From Heterodontus francisci (lineage: Eukaryota), in assembly GCF_036365525.1 (NCBI RefSeq), contig NC_090409.1, positions 39,132,437-39,196,436 on the forward strand: a stretch of DNA of 64,000 bases, written 5' to 3'. The notes under the pieces are model-generated. The model made no database searches and was not told the origin of the DNA. It worked only from the letters and a program-made list of their open reading frames with translations. Below, piece by piece: positions 50,331 through 62,000 of this stretch. A program made the translations under genes and the position numbers. Numbering within the stretch: position 1 is the stretch's first letter; each line of letters opens with the position of its first letter.

Positions 50331-51324
50331 ATAGCAGGAAAAGATTTCTTGCAATATTCAGGATTTCTTCAAAACACAGAAGGTAACAGGAACCACTCTT
50401 GATGCAGGAATCCTTTAGCGAGAGATAATAATCTTTCCGGGTCTACTTCTGACCTCCGGGCAGGTCAGAATCCAATTTCAAAATGTCTGCTTTTTGGCCA
50501 AACCCACTGACTTTATAAAAGTTCAAAACTGAAACCACAACTTTCCATAAACAATTCACATGCCCAGTGATAAATTCTCTCCTGTGGTAACAGAGGGTAA
50601 CTCTGAGGTCCACCCCCTGCTGGTTTCCTTGATATTACCTGCATTCCTGTCCTTGTTTACCAGTTCAGCTTTCGTTGAACGTCCTATCAAAACATCCATA
50701 AAGTTCAGATCTCAATATCCACTGAAATCCTTTTCAGTTTTTAAAGACATGGAATCTGAAGTTTTAATACAAAAAAAAAATCCTCGTAACAATGGCAAGA
50801 GGTGAGATTAGGAGGGATGGGGGGTCAGAGGGAAGGGGAAGAAAGATCTGGAGGGGTGTTGGTACCCATGAGGTGCTGGAGCTTATGCTTCTTTAACACC
50901 TGAAAGGAAGAGATAAAGTTTTTTGTAAATGCATCGGAGAAGGTGAAGGATGAAATGGAACTGCAGAGCAGGACAGCTCTGAGATCGGGTGAGTCGGTGC
51001 TGCTGGAGAGAGAGGTCAAGTGCGTCCATGTGCACGGAGTATGGATCGCGATACCTGTAATCCTGGGTGGATTCAAAACACAGAGGATAAAACTTCAGTT
51101 GGAGTCTACGTGGAATAAGTCGGAGTCGGAGACAGTCGCTGAGGAAGGAGATGTGGCTGTGAAAATGAGTTTTAGCAGAAACCTTATTGAACAGCAGGAG
51201 GGAAATGGGAAGCAATGAAGGTGAGAAATGTAAACGAGATAAACGGAAATCCCAGAGAAAAGAGCAGAACTGCTTTGTGGTAGCATTCCTGCAAGAGAAG
51301 TGGCAGTGAAGTAAATACTAAAAT

Positions 51325-52175
51325 AACAGCAAAATAATGTGGATGCTGGAACTCTGAAATGAGAACAGAAATGTGAGAAACGTAGCCCACTTGATAACAA
51401 TTTACACCAAGTCAAACTCTGAAGAAGTAAGTTTATTTAACGTTCTTGCAAGATCGGGTGTCCTACAAGCAGGCACACCGATCAACATATTCAGTTCATG
51501 TTTATGCAATACAAATCCATTTGTCCACGCCTTTATTTTACATTATTGGTTATAACGTATTATGACACTAACCTATCCTATGGTTGCTACAGTCTCCTCC
51601 TCTGTTTACTTCTCCCCCTACTCTAACTTTCTAGCCCCTAACTCTTGTTTTTGTTTTACCTTATTTGGCTCTCCATTATGTGTTTTAACTTGCAGCTGTC
51701 AGCCTTTATCTTAGTGGGGCAGTTTCTTATTCACTACATCCGTTGTTCTAACTCTTGCTGTTTCTCTGTTATCTGCCTAAGCACAATTTTTAAGTGATGT
51801 ACTGTCCCAAGGTCTCCACTTACATACCCTTATCAATTCTCTTTGTCAGTGATGTACTGTCTTAAGGTCTCCACTGACATATCCTTATCAGTTCTCTTTT
51901 TCAGTGATTTCATTATGTTGTGCACAAATGACTTCTTGGTAACTTTCCACAAGCTGTAGAAACAACATTTCAGTATTTCTTATTCTCACAGAAAGTGTCA
52001 GAAATACTCAGCAGATCTGGCAGCATCTGTGTAGAGAGAAACAGAGTTAACATTTCAAGTATCTGACCTTCCATCAGAACCTGGAATGTTAACCCTGTTT
52101 CTCTTTACTTGCTGAGTATTTCCAGCACTTTCTGTTTTTATTTCAGAGATCCAGCATCTGCAGTATTTTGCTTTT
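51325..52175. mobile_element. Palindromic Penelope-terminus-derived element, interrupted by an LTR
   Basis: Arms gcaaaata..gatgctgga..tctgaaat..acagaaa and tttctgt..atttcaga..tccagcatc..tattttgc. Confidence 0.6.
51372..51990. mobile_element. Solo LTR (619 bp) with 4-bp TSD
   Basis: TGTGAGAA...TTCTCACA termini; GAAA on both flanks. Confidence 0.85.
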
Positions 52176-52239
52176 CCGCATGGATTCTGACATGCTGCCG
52201 GCCAGAAGCATACACTTCCAGCAGGTCTGAGCCGACCCA

Positions 52240-52760
52240 GTCCCTCAGAGTCGCAAACAACTCAACTGGTAATCTGTCGCTCCTGGGGGGGTGGTTTTAC
52301 TCGTCTCGAAGGACCTGACAGCCTTTGTCAGTTTGTCCAGAATTAGCGGTTTGTCCAGACTCTCCCACGTACTGTCATCTAAGACCTCCGTGACAGATGA
52401 CAGGAAGGACTGGGAGGCCGTGCTGTCTGTGGGCTTCACGTCGTACAGCCCAGCATAAAAGGATTTGCTGAACCTTAGTATGTCAGACTGCGATGACGTT
52501 ACCAAGCTGTCTTCTTCCTCCAGGCTGCTGATCACAGAGCTCTCTCTGTGTACCTTTCGGAAGAAGTAACACGAGCACGTCTCATCCTGCTCCACGGAGC
52601 GGACTCTGGACTGGAAGATGATCTTGCAGGCCTCTGCGGCAAAGAGCAAGTCCTGCTGGCTCTTCACCTCTTGGAGATCCTCCTTGGCCTCGACCCCAAT
52701 CGACTGCAGCCGGAGCAGATTCTGCATGCTTTTCTGCCAACTCTCTGATCATCCTGGGAT
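52240..52760 (-). mobile_element. Tx1/L1-like LINE ORF2 fragment
   Basis: SRVRSVEQDETCSCYFFRK...SFYAGLY linker preceding the RT. Confidence 0.65.
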
Positions 52761-53018
52761 AGACAGTCATATGAACATATGAATTAGGAAAAGAACTCAG
52801 TCACATGAATTCTCGAGCCTGCTCAGCCATTCAATAAGATCATGGCTGATCTGATTACTCCACATTCTCAACTATCCCCAATAACCTTTCCCCACCTTGC
52901 TTATCATGAATCTATCTACCTCTGCCTTAAAAATATTGAAAGGCCTTTTGACATCATCACATTTTGAAGAAGAGCTTTATACAAACGGGAACAGTGTTAT
53001 ACAACATCAACTGAGATT

Positions 53019-53091
53019 GGACCCTAATGAGATTTGAACTCACAACTCATGGTTTACAAGACCAGCTCTCTAACCCCTGAGTAATGGAGCC
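53019..53091 (-). pseudogene. tRNA-Thr(TGT) pseudogene
   Basis: Reverse complement GGCTCCATTACTCAGGGGTTAGAGAGCTGGTCTTGTAAACCATGAGTTGTGAGTTCAAATCTCATTAGGGTCC; 73 nt, TGT anticodon loop, mismatches in acceptor, D and anticodon stems. Confidence 0.8.
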
Positions 53092-53499
53092 AGATGTCAG
53101 CGAGGAGGAGGCAGGAGTCGGAGAAGAACACCGGCTTGACGTCAGTGGATCCGACTGTGAATGCGCGGGACACAAACAGGAAGTCAATCCTGGAATGGAC
53201 GGACCCGTCTGGTCTTCACCAGGTCTATCTACACTCTGCTCCATCTGCAGGCCAAGACATTGTGCAGCTTGGCCTCTTTGACTGTTTCCATTTGGAGTCT
53301 GGACGGGGCTGAGTAAATTGGTCCTATATTCTGTGGAGTTCAGAAAAATGAGAGGTGATCTAATTGATTCTGAAAGGGTTTGATAGGGTAGAAGCTGAGA
53401 GATTGTTCCCGCTGGTCGGGGGATCTAGAACATGGGGACACAGTCTCAGGATAAGGGGCCAATCATTCAGGACTGAGATGAGGAGAAATTATTTCAGGT

Positions 53500-55425
53500 A
53501 TAGGCAGCTGGGATCAAGCGAGTCCCTCGGAGTATAAGGGATGCAGGAGTACACTTAAGAAGGAAATTAGGAGGGCGAAAAGGGGCCATGAGATTTCCCT
53601 GGCAGATAAGATAAAGGAGAATCCTAAAAGATTCTGTAAGTTTTTAAGAGTAAAAGGGTAGCGAGGGAGAGAGTAGGTCCCCTTAAGGATCAGTGTGGTA
53701 ATGTATGTGAGGAGCCACTGGAAATGGGCGAGGTCTTAAATGAATACTTCTCGTCTGTATTTACCATGGAGAAGGTCATGGAATCTAGTGAGTTCAAGGG
53801 AGGGAACAGCGATATCCTGGAGCCTATCAACATTACAAAGGAGGAGGTGTTGGAGGTTTTGAAGCGCATTAAGGTGGATAAATCCCCAGGGCCTGACCAG
53901 ATGCATCCTAGGACATTATGGGAAGCAAGGGAGGAGATTGCTGGGGCCCTGGCAGAGATTTTTGTATCATTGTTAGCCACGGGTGAGGTACCGGAAGACT
54001 GGAGGATATCTAATGTTGTGCCTTTAAGAAGGGCAGCAGGGATAAGCGAGGGAACTACAGGCCGGTGAGCCTTACATCAGTAGTGGGAAAGTTATTGGAA
54101 GGGATTCTGAGAGACAGGATCTATATGCATTTGGAAAGGCATGGTCTGATTCGGGATAGTAAGCATGGCTTTGTATGTGGGAAATCATGTCTCACAAATT
54201 TGATTGAGTTTTTTGAGGAGGTGACTAAGAGGATTGATGATGGCAGGGTGGTGGACGTTGTCTACATGGACTTTAGCAAGGCCTTTGACAAGGTCCCGCA
54301 TGGTAGGCTGGTCTGGAAGGTTCGAACACATGGGATCCATGGTGAGCTAGCCAATTGGATACAAGATTGGTTTGGTGATGGGAGGCAGAGGGTGGTAGTG
54401 GAGGGTTGTTTTTCAGATCGGAGGCCGGTGACCAGTGGTGTGCCGCAGGGATTGGTGCTGGGCCCTCTGTTTGTCATATATATTAATGACATGGATGAGA
54501 ATGTAGGGGGCATGATTGGTAAGTTTGCAGATAACACCAAAATTGGTGGTGTAGTGGACAGTGAAGAAGGTTGTCTAAGATTACAACAGGATATAGATAA
54601 ACTGGGAAAGTGGGCAAGGGATTGACAAATGGAATTTAACGCAGACAAGTGTGAAATTATGCATTTTGGGACGCTAAACCAGGGCAGGACATATACAGTG
54701 AATGGCAGGGCCCTGGGGAGTGTTGTTGAGCAGAGAGACCCTGGGGTGCAAGTACATAGTTCCCTGAAAGTGGCAACACAGGTAGACAGGATGGTGAAGA
54801 AGGCATATGGCATGCTTGCATTACGGCCGAGGCATTGAGTACAAGAGTTGGGACGTCCTGTTACAGTTGTACATAACGTTGGTTCGGCCGCATTTGGAGT
54901 ACTGTGTGCGGTTCTGGTCGCCGCACTACAGGAAAGATGTGATTAAGCTAGAGAGGGTGCAGAAAAGATTCACAAGGATGTTGCCTGGTTTGGAGGGCTT
55001 GAGTTATAAAGAGAGATTGGATAGGCTGGGTCTGTTTTCACTGGAGCTAAGGAGGTTGAGAGGGGACATGACAGAGGTATATAAAATTATGAGAGGCATA
55101 GATAAGGTAGATAGCCAGAATCTATTTCCCATGGTAGGGGTGACTAAAACTGGAGGACATAGATTTAAGGTGAGAGGGAGGAGGTTTAAAGGAGTTCAAA
55201 GGGGTACATTTTTCACACAAAGAATAGTGGGTATCTGGAATGAGCTGCCAGAGGAGCTGGTGGAGGCAGGAACAGTAGCAACATTGAAGAGGCATCTGGA
55301 CAGGTACTTGAATGAACAAGACATGGAGGGATATGGAATTAATGCAGGCAGGTGGGATTAGTATAGATAGGCATTATGGTCGGCATGGACGCGGTGGGCC
55401 GAAGGGCCTGTTTCTATGCTGTACC
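53500..55425 (+). mobile_element. 5'-truncated CR1/HER1 LINE
   Basis: [37 protein letters not shown]; several frameshifts. Confidence 0.93.
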
Positions 55426-55439
55426 ACTCTAACTCTAAG

Positions 55440-55660
55440 TGAGCCTGGAGGCAACGGAAGACGAGCTCAATGTCATACCGAGGGTGAAATTCATTGAGGT
55501 GGAGGCGGAAGGGGATAAAACAGAGTCCTTTGCTGAGTAAAGAACGTTCCCTGTCAGAGAGAGGAAGGTCTGAGGGTTTAGTGAATACACAGCAAGGGGT
55601 CAGATCAGAGGGAAGTGAAGGGGAAGAAGGATCTGGAGAGGCAATAGTCCCCATCAGCTC
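55440..55660 (-). mobile_element. Penelope-like fragment
   Basis: DLPLSDRERSLLSKGLCFIP..LNEF..YDIELVFR. Confidence 0.7.
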
Positions 55661-55704
55661 CTGGAGCTGGTCTTCCTCAACACCGGAAATGAACTAAACA
55701 GAAC

Positions 55705-55990
55705 TGAATCAGCCAAGGGGCGGGGCCAGGGGACTGTGGGCGGGGTTAGTAATGAGTGACAGGCCAGTCCGGCCGCTGATTGGGCGATTGGCTCTGAGAC
55801 CCGCCACTGGGGCCAGGAGAAGTTGTTAGCCCCACCCCGGCGGGTCGAGCGCTGAGTGACAGGCGGGCCCGGTCGCTGATTGGGCGACCTGCTCTGACCC
55901 CGGCCCTGACTGCCAATAGAAGCCGTGCCCGCCAAGTATTGGTTTCTTTATAAACCGGATGAAGGGTTCAGGCAGATTCCCGCCATTTTC
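55705..55990 (+). promoter_or_regulatory. CpG-rich promoter of copy B
   Basis: GC boxes (GGGCGG), several ATTGG/CCAAT motifs, TATAAA at 55949-55954, and YY1/initiator-like CGCCATTTT at 55981, about 30 nt after the TATA. Confidence 0.7.
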
Positions 55991-56019
55991 ACTGGAGCTG
56001 GTGATCCAGGATCGGGGCA

Positions 56020-56040
56020 ATGGATAGAAAAGCACAGCAG
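56020..56040 (+). CDS. Copy B exon 1 coding part (MDRKAQQ)
   Basis: ATG...CAG|gtattg, downstream of a TATA/CCAAT promoter. Confidence 0.78.
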
Positions 56041-59000
56041 GTATTGTCAGTGTCTCACACCCGGGGGGTCAGTCATGGGGAGAGGGACCATGGACTGTTT
56101 CAGGGCTGCTCCCGGTCTCAATGTGTCTCAGAGCCGGGAGGGAGGGGAGTCAGTAATGTGGAGAGGGACCATGGACTGTGTCAGGGCTGCTCCCGGTCTC
56201 AATGTGTCTCAGAGCCGGGAGGGAGGGGGGTCAGTAATGGGGAGAGGGACCATGGACTGTGTCAGGGCTGCTCCCGGTCTCAATGTGTCTCAGAGCCGGG
56301 AGGGAGGAGGGTCAGTAATGGGGAGAGGGACCATGGACTGTGTCAGGGCTGCTCCCGGTCTCAATGTGTCTCAGAGCCGGGAGGGAGGGAGGTCAGTAAT
56401 GGGGAGAGGGACCATGGACTGTGTCAGGGCTGCTCCCGGTCTCAATGTGTCTCAGAGCCGGGAGGGAGGGGGGTCAGTAATGGGGAGAGGGACCATGGAC
56501 TGTGTCAGGGCTGCTCCCGGTCTCAATGTGTCTCAGAGCCGGGAGGGAGGAGGGTCAGTAATGGGGAGAGGGACCATGGACTGTGTCAGGGCTGCTCCCG
56601 GTCTCAATGTGTCTCAGAGCCGGGAGGGAGGGAGGTCAGTAATGGGGAGAGGGACCATGGACTGTGTCAGGGCTGCTCCCGGTCTCAATGTGTCTCAGAG
56701 CCGGGAGGGAGGGGGGTCAGTAATGGGGAGAGGGACCATGGACTGTTTCAGGGCTGCTCCCGGTCTCAATGTGTCTCAGAGCCGGGAGGGAGGGGAGTCA
56801 GTAATGTGGAGAGGGATCATGGACTGTGTCAGGGCTGCTCCCGGTCTCAATGTGTCTCAGAGCCGGGAGGGAGGAGGGTCAGTAATGGGGAGAGGGACCA
56901 TGGACTGTGTCAGGGCTGCTCCCGGTCTCAATGTGTCTCAGAGCCGGGAGGGAGGGGGGTCAGTAATGGGGAGAGGGACCATGGACTGTGTCAGGGCTGC
57001 TCCCGATCTCAATGTGTCTCAGAGCCGGGAGGGAGGGGGGTCAGTAATGGGGAGAGGGACCATGGACTGTGTCAGGGCTGCTCCCGGTCTCAATGTGTCT
57101 CAGAGCCGGGAGGGAGGGAGGTCAGTAATGGGGAGAGGGACCATGGACTGTGTCAGGGCTGCTCCCGGTCTCAATGTGTCTCAGAGCCGGGAGGGAGGGG
57201 GGTCAGTAATGGGGAGAGGGACCATGGACTGTTTCAGGGCTGCTCCCGGTCTCAATGTGTCTCAGAGCCGGGAGGGAGGGGAGTCAGTAATGTGGAGAGG
57301 GACCATGGACTGTGTCAGGGCTGCTCCCGGTCTCAATGTGTCTCAGAGCCGGGAGGGAGGGGGGTCAGTAATGGGGAGAGGGATCATGGACTGTGTCAGG
57401 GCTGCTCCCGGTCTCAATGTGTCTCAGAGCCGGGAGGGAGGAGGGTCAGTAATGGGGAGAGGGACCATGGACTGTGTCAGGGCTGCTCCCGATCTCAATG
57501 TGTCTCAGAGCCGGGAGGGAGGGGGGTCAGTAATGGGGAGAGGGACCATGGACTGTGTCAGGGCTGCTCCCGGTCTCAATGTGTCTCAGAGCCGGGAGGG
57601 AGGGGGGTCAGTAATGGGGAGAGGGACCATGGACTGTGTCAGGGCTGCTCCCGATCTCAATGTGTCTCAGAGCCGGGAGGGAGGGGGGTCAGTAATGGGG
57701 AGAGGGACCATGGACTGTGTCAGGGTTGCTCCCGGTCTCAATGTGTCTCAGAGCCGGGAGGGAGGGGGGTCAGTAATGGGGAGTGGGACCATGGACTGTG
57801 TCAGGGCTGCTCCTGGTCTCAATGTGTCTCAGAGCCGGGAGGGAGGTCAGTCATGGGGGGAGGGACCATGGACTGTGTCAGGGCTGCTCCCGGTCTCAAT
57901 GTGTCTCAGAGCCGGGAGGGAGGGGGGTCAGTAATGGGGAGAGGGACCATGGACTGTGTCAGGGCTGCTCCCGGTCTCAATGTGTCTCAGAGCCGGGAGG
58001 GAGGGAGGTCAGTAATGGGGAGTGGGACCATGGACTGTGTCAGGGCTGCTCCCGGTCTCAATGTGTCTCAGAGCCGGGAGGGAGGGGGGTCAGTAATGGG
58101 GAGAGGGACCATGGACTGTGTCAGGGCTGCTCCCGGTCTCAATGTGTCTCAGAGCCGGGAGGGAGGGGGGTCAGTAATGGGGAGAGGGACCATGGACTGT
58201 GTCAGGGCTGCTCCCGGTCTCAATGTGTCTCAGAGCCGGGAGGGAGGAGGGTCAGTAATGGGGAGAGGGACCATGGACTGTGTCCTGTCCCGGTTCAGAA
58301 ATGGACATGAGCAGCAAGAAACTGTGGTAAAGTGGGGTAACTGTGTTTTCTTGTTGCAGGGACCCAACTTACAGAAACTCCTCCTCCTGCTGCTGCTGCT
58401 AAATGCTGTTGCTGCTGTTTCAGGTAAACGCTGTGACTGCTCTCACATTTCAGCAGAGCTCGGGGCTGCTGGTGATATGGATTATATCAGGATTGATCTT
58501 CCTGGATGGTGCTAACCTTGTGAATTTATACAGACTGCAGTTAGCTATCTCCTGGAAAGAACATTTGTCTGGGTGTCTGGGACTGAAATCAGTAATGTGT
58601 ATATTACTGGGGAATCTTCTTCTTCTTTGGCCTCCTTGTCTCGAGAGACAATGGGTAAGCGCCTAGAGGTGGTCAGTGGTGTCAGTCGCTGTGAGGCAAC
58701 TATGGAGTGACCTCTCCATGGCGCATGCCTGGGCGAATGTATGGAGGTTGAGAGTTGCCCAAGCGTCAAAACCCCCCTCTCGGCCTTTCTGGTGGGGTCC
58801 AAAGGAGTGCAGAGCACGACGTTTGGCACCGGTAGTATTCATTATATCAGGAATTCATCTTGCTTTAAGGTGCTGTGTTCACTGTGAGTGGGCCCATTGA
58901 GGGAGTGGACACAGTCGGTTCACATTACACATAATGATCATGAGACCTGAAAGGAAGGCAGTTAATGTCTTCAGATTAACCCCTGTGATGTGAACAGTGG

Positions 59001-62000
59001 AATCTGGACACTGAGTGTTAGTGAGAATGAATCTAGAAGAATCACTCGACACTTGGGTCTGCTCCAATGTCAAACAGTTTATTGAGTTACGCCAGCAGGG
59101 AGCAGGTCACTGGGCTGTCCAGATGCCCCTCCACTGAACAATGAAAAATCATCAATACTTATACATTTTCAAACAGTTACTCAGCCCATCCTTTCTGGAC
59201 ATGGTCCAATCATAATGATTACAGATTCTCTCCATTGATTATTAAAGACCAATAGAAGTGGTTACCAGGTGTGAAAGGGGCTGCAGGACCAACCCATGGA
59301 CAGATAGGGGATTACTCATGATGTTTTCCATTCCTTTCTAGTCCCCATCCTTGGTTCTCCTGTACGCACACCACCTTATCTTAACCTTGTTACAGGCTGG
59401 TATCTTTGTCAGCATTCCACATGGACATCTGCTCTCCATTGAATAAGTCTTTGAATTTATGTTACTCAGTTCCTGTGTGGAATGTGGTCAAGTTGGCTAA
59501 ACCCCATGATGCCTTGCAAACTCTTCATTGTTCACTAAAATTACGTTACGAGTTACTCAAATAACATTTAAACAGGATGTTCTTTTCTGCAGGTGCCTCT
59601 GCGCTTGGGAATACCCGTCAACACTGAGCAACACTCGGTGACACTGGGATGGGGTCCTGAGCACTGGGATCAGGAGTCTGGGACAGTCCTGGATCAAATA
59701 GAACTGGGAATTGCCTCTGAGCATGGGGAGTAGGGTCATCAGGATTGGGGATTGTGTTTTGGGTCCTGGGAGGGGGCAGAGTCTGGCCGTATTAGGGTGA
59801 GGAGCAAGGTCTGACAGGTTAGTGGTGGAGGGAGATGAGGATCCACATTGCCTCGGCCCCTTTCAGACCATCAGGTGCTGCCTCACCCCCTACACAGTGT
59901 ACTCATCCGTCATTGTCCCCCCAACCTGTCCAAAGCCCTTTCCACATCCTCGGGTACCCCCTCCCCCACCCGTTCCTGTCTTTACATTTCAGGGTCAGTT
60001 TTCTGCTCCTGAGCTCCACCTCACATTGTGCACCCCCAGTCTGTCATTGTTCTCCCAAAGGGGGGAGGTGGGCAGGGTGACCAATATCCTGATGTGTTCT
60101 CCCAGCATGTGTACAATGGGAAACACACGATTCGAAGTGCTGTCCAGCTGCTCTGTGGATACAAATATCCAGCACAAGCTGGTTTTAGTTGAAGGCCCTT
60201 AATGCCTGACCTTTAACCTTCCCACAGAAATGAAAGCAGTGAGTTACTGATCAGTGCTTCTTGTAAATCAAGCATCGCAGTGTAACCATGTGGAGCTTGG
60301 GATGGAATGTACCAGCAGGGAGGTTATATCTGTGGATAAATACTTTCAATCTTTTCCAGGTTACTTGCCTGTCCCAGTTTCTGGGTTCCTTGGGGAGCAG
60401 GTTGTGCTGCCCTGTATCTACAAAGGGAATGTCCCAGTCTCTGATTTACAGGTAATTTGGTGGATATCCAATCGTGAAATTTTACACAGATTTATCGATG
60501 GGAACGATGACTTAATACAACAAGACCCACGGTTCAGAAACAGAACAAACCCGTTCAAAGATCAACTGGAGCAAGGCAACTGGTCACTAATGATCTCTGA
60601 CCTCAGGCAGTCAGACCAGAATGAGTATCAGTGTCAGATTTACAAGAGGATTGGTGAGCACTATCAATGGCAACAAGCTGATTCAGTCCATCTCTCTGTA
60701 ACAGGTGAGAGGTTTCTGTTTCAGGTATTCTGCATTTACTCTCTGATTTTATGAGTACGGTAGTGCAGTGGTTATGTTACTGGACTAGTAATCCAGAAGC
60801 CTGGACTAATAATCCAGAGAACGTGGCTTCAAATCCCACCATGGCACTTTCAGAATTGAAATTCAGTTTAAAATAAATCTGGAAATATAAAGTTGGTCCC
60901 AATAAAAGTGACCATGAAGCTGTTGGATTGTTGTAAAACCCAACTGGTTCACTAATGTCCCTCTCGGGAAGGAAACCTGCCATCCTTACCCGGTCTGGTC
61001 TATATGTGACTCCAGTCCCACATTAACCTGGTTAACTTTTAACTGCCCTCTGATTTGCTCGGTTACTTCAATCAGTTTGTATCAAACCACTAGAAAGAAA
61101 AAACAGACTAAAACTGAACAGACCACTGGCTGTGACCCAGACATCAAATCAGGACACAGGAAAGGCAAACCCAGCCCAGTTGACACTGCAAAGTCCCCCT
61201 CGCTGACATCTGGAAATTGGTCTCCATGTTAGGCGAGCTGTGTGACAGTCATACTCACAGAATCAACCCTCCAACCCAGACTCCTCTATCACCATCCCTG
61301 GGTATGTCTTGTCCCACTGGCAGGACAGACCCACCCGAGGTGGGGGCACAGTGGTATCCAGTCAGGAGGGAGTTTTTTATTCTTTTGCTGCATTTGCTGA
61401 CAATGCATCCACTCGGTGTCGCAATACTTGCACATGTGAAAATGCAGCCTGATCCACTGAAACGTCGCTGTCTGTGACCTTTTTGGCAGCTGCCAGTAAT
61501 AAAGATGGCGACGCTCAATTTATCACAAAACAAATGAAACACAAATGCCCACAGTGGCTGTGATCACTGCCTCCATCACACCCCCAACAGTACCTCGCTC
61601 CCTCCTGCCATCACCACCTCCATCCCACCCCCAGCAATACCTCGCTCCCTCCTGCCATCGCCACCTCCATCAGTACCTCGCTCCCTCCTGACATCACTAC
61701 CTCCATCCCACCCCCAGCAGTACCTCGCTCCCTCCTGCCTTCGCCACCTCCATCCCACCCCCAGCAGTACCTCGCTCCCTCCTGCCTTCGCCACCTCCAT
61801 CCCACCCCCAGCAGTACTTCGCTCCCTCCTGCCATCGCCACCTCCATCCCACCCCCAGCAGTACCTCGCTCCCTCCTGCCATCGCCACCTCCATCCCACC
61901 CCCAGCAGTACCTCGCTCCCTCCTGCCATCGCCACCTCCATCCCACCCCCAGCAGTACCTCGCTCCCTCCTGCCATCGCCACCTCCATCCCACCCCCAGC

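Larger units (their letters stand above)
48523..50791. mobile_element. Solo LTR (outer; about 1 kb net) with 4-bp TSD
   Basis: TGTTAC...GTAACA termini; ATGG at 48519-48522 and 50792-50795. Confidence 0.85.
48005..51250 (-). mobile_element. Degenerate Penelope-like element split by an LTR insertion
   Basis: HDVELFLRH and HSHISFLSDCLRLRLIP peptides, terminal hammerhead; the halves rejoin across ATGG as in the intact fragment at 55560-55640. Confidence 0.65.

Noticed and set aside
53019-53091. Functional tRNA-Thr
   Set aside because: Mismatches in acceptor, D and anticodon stems; called a pseudogene
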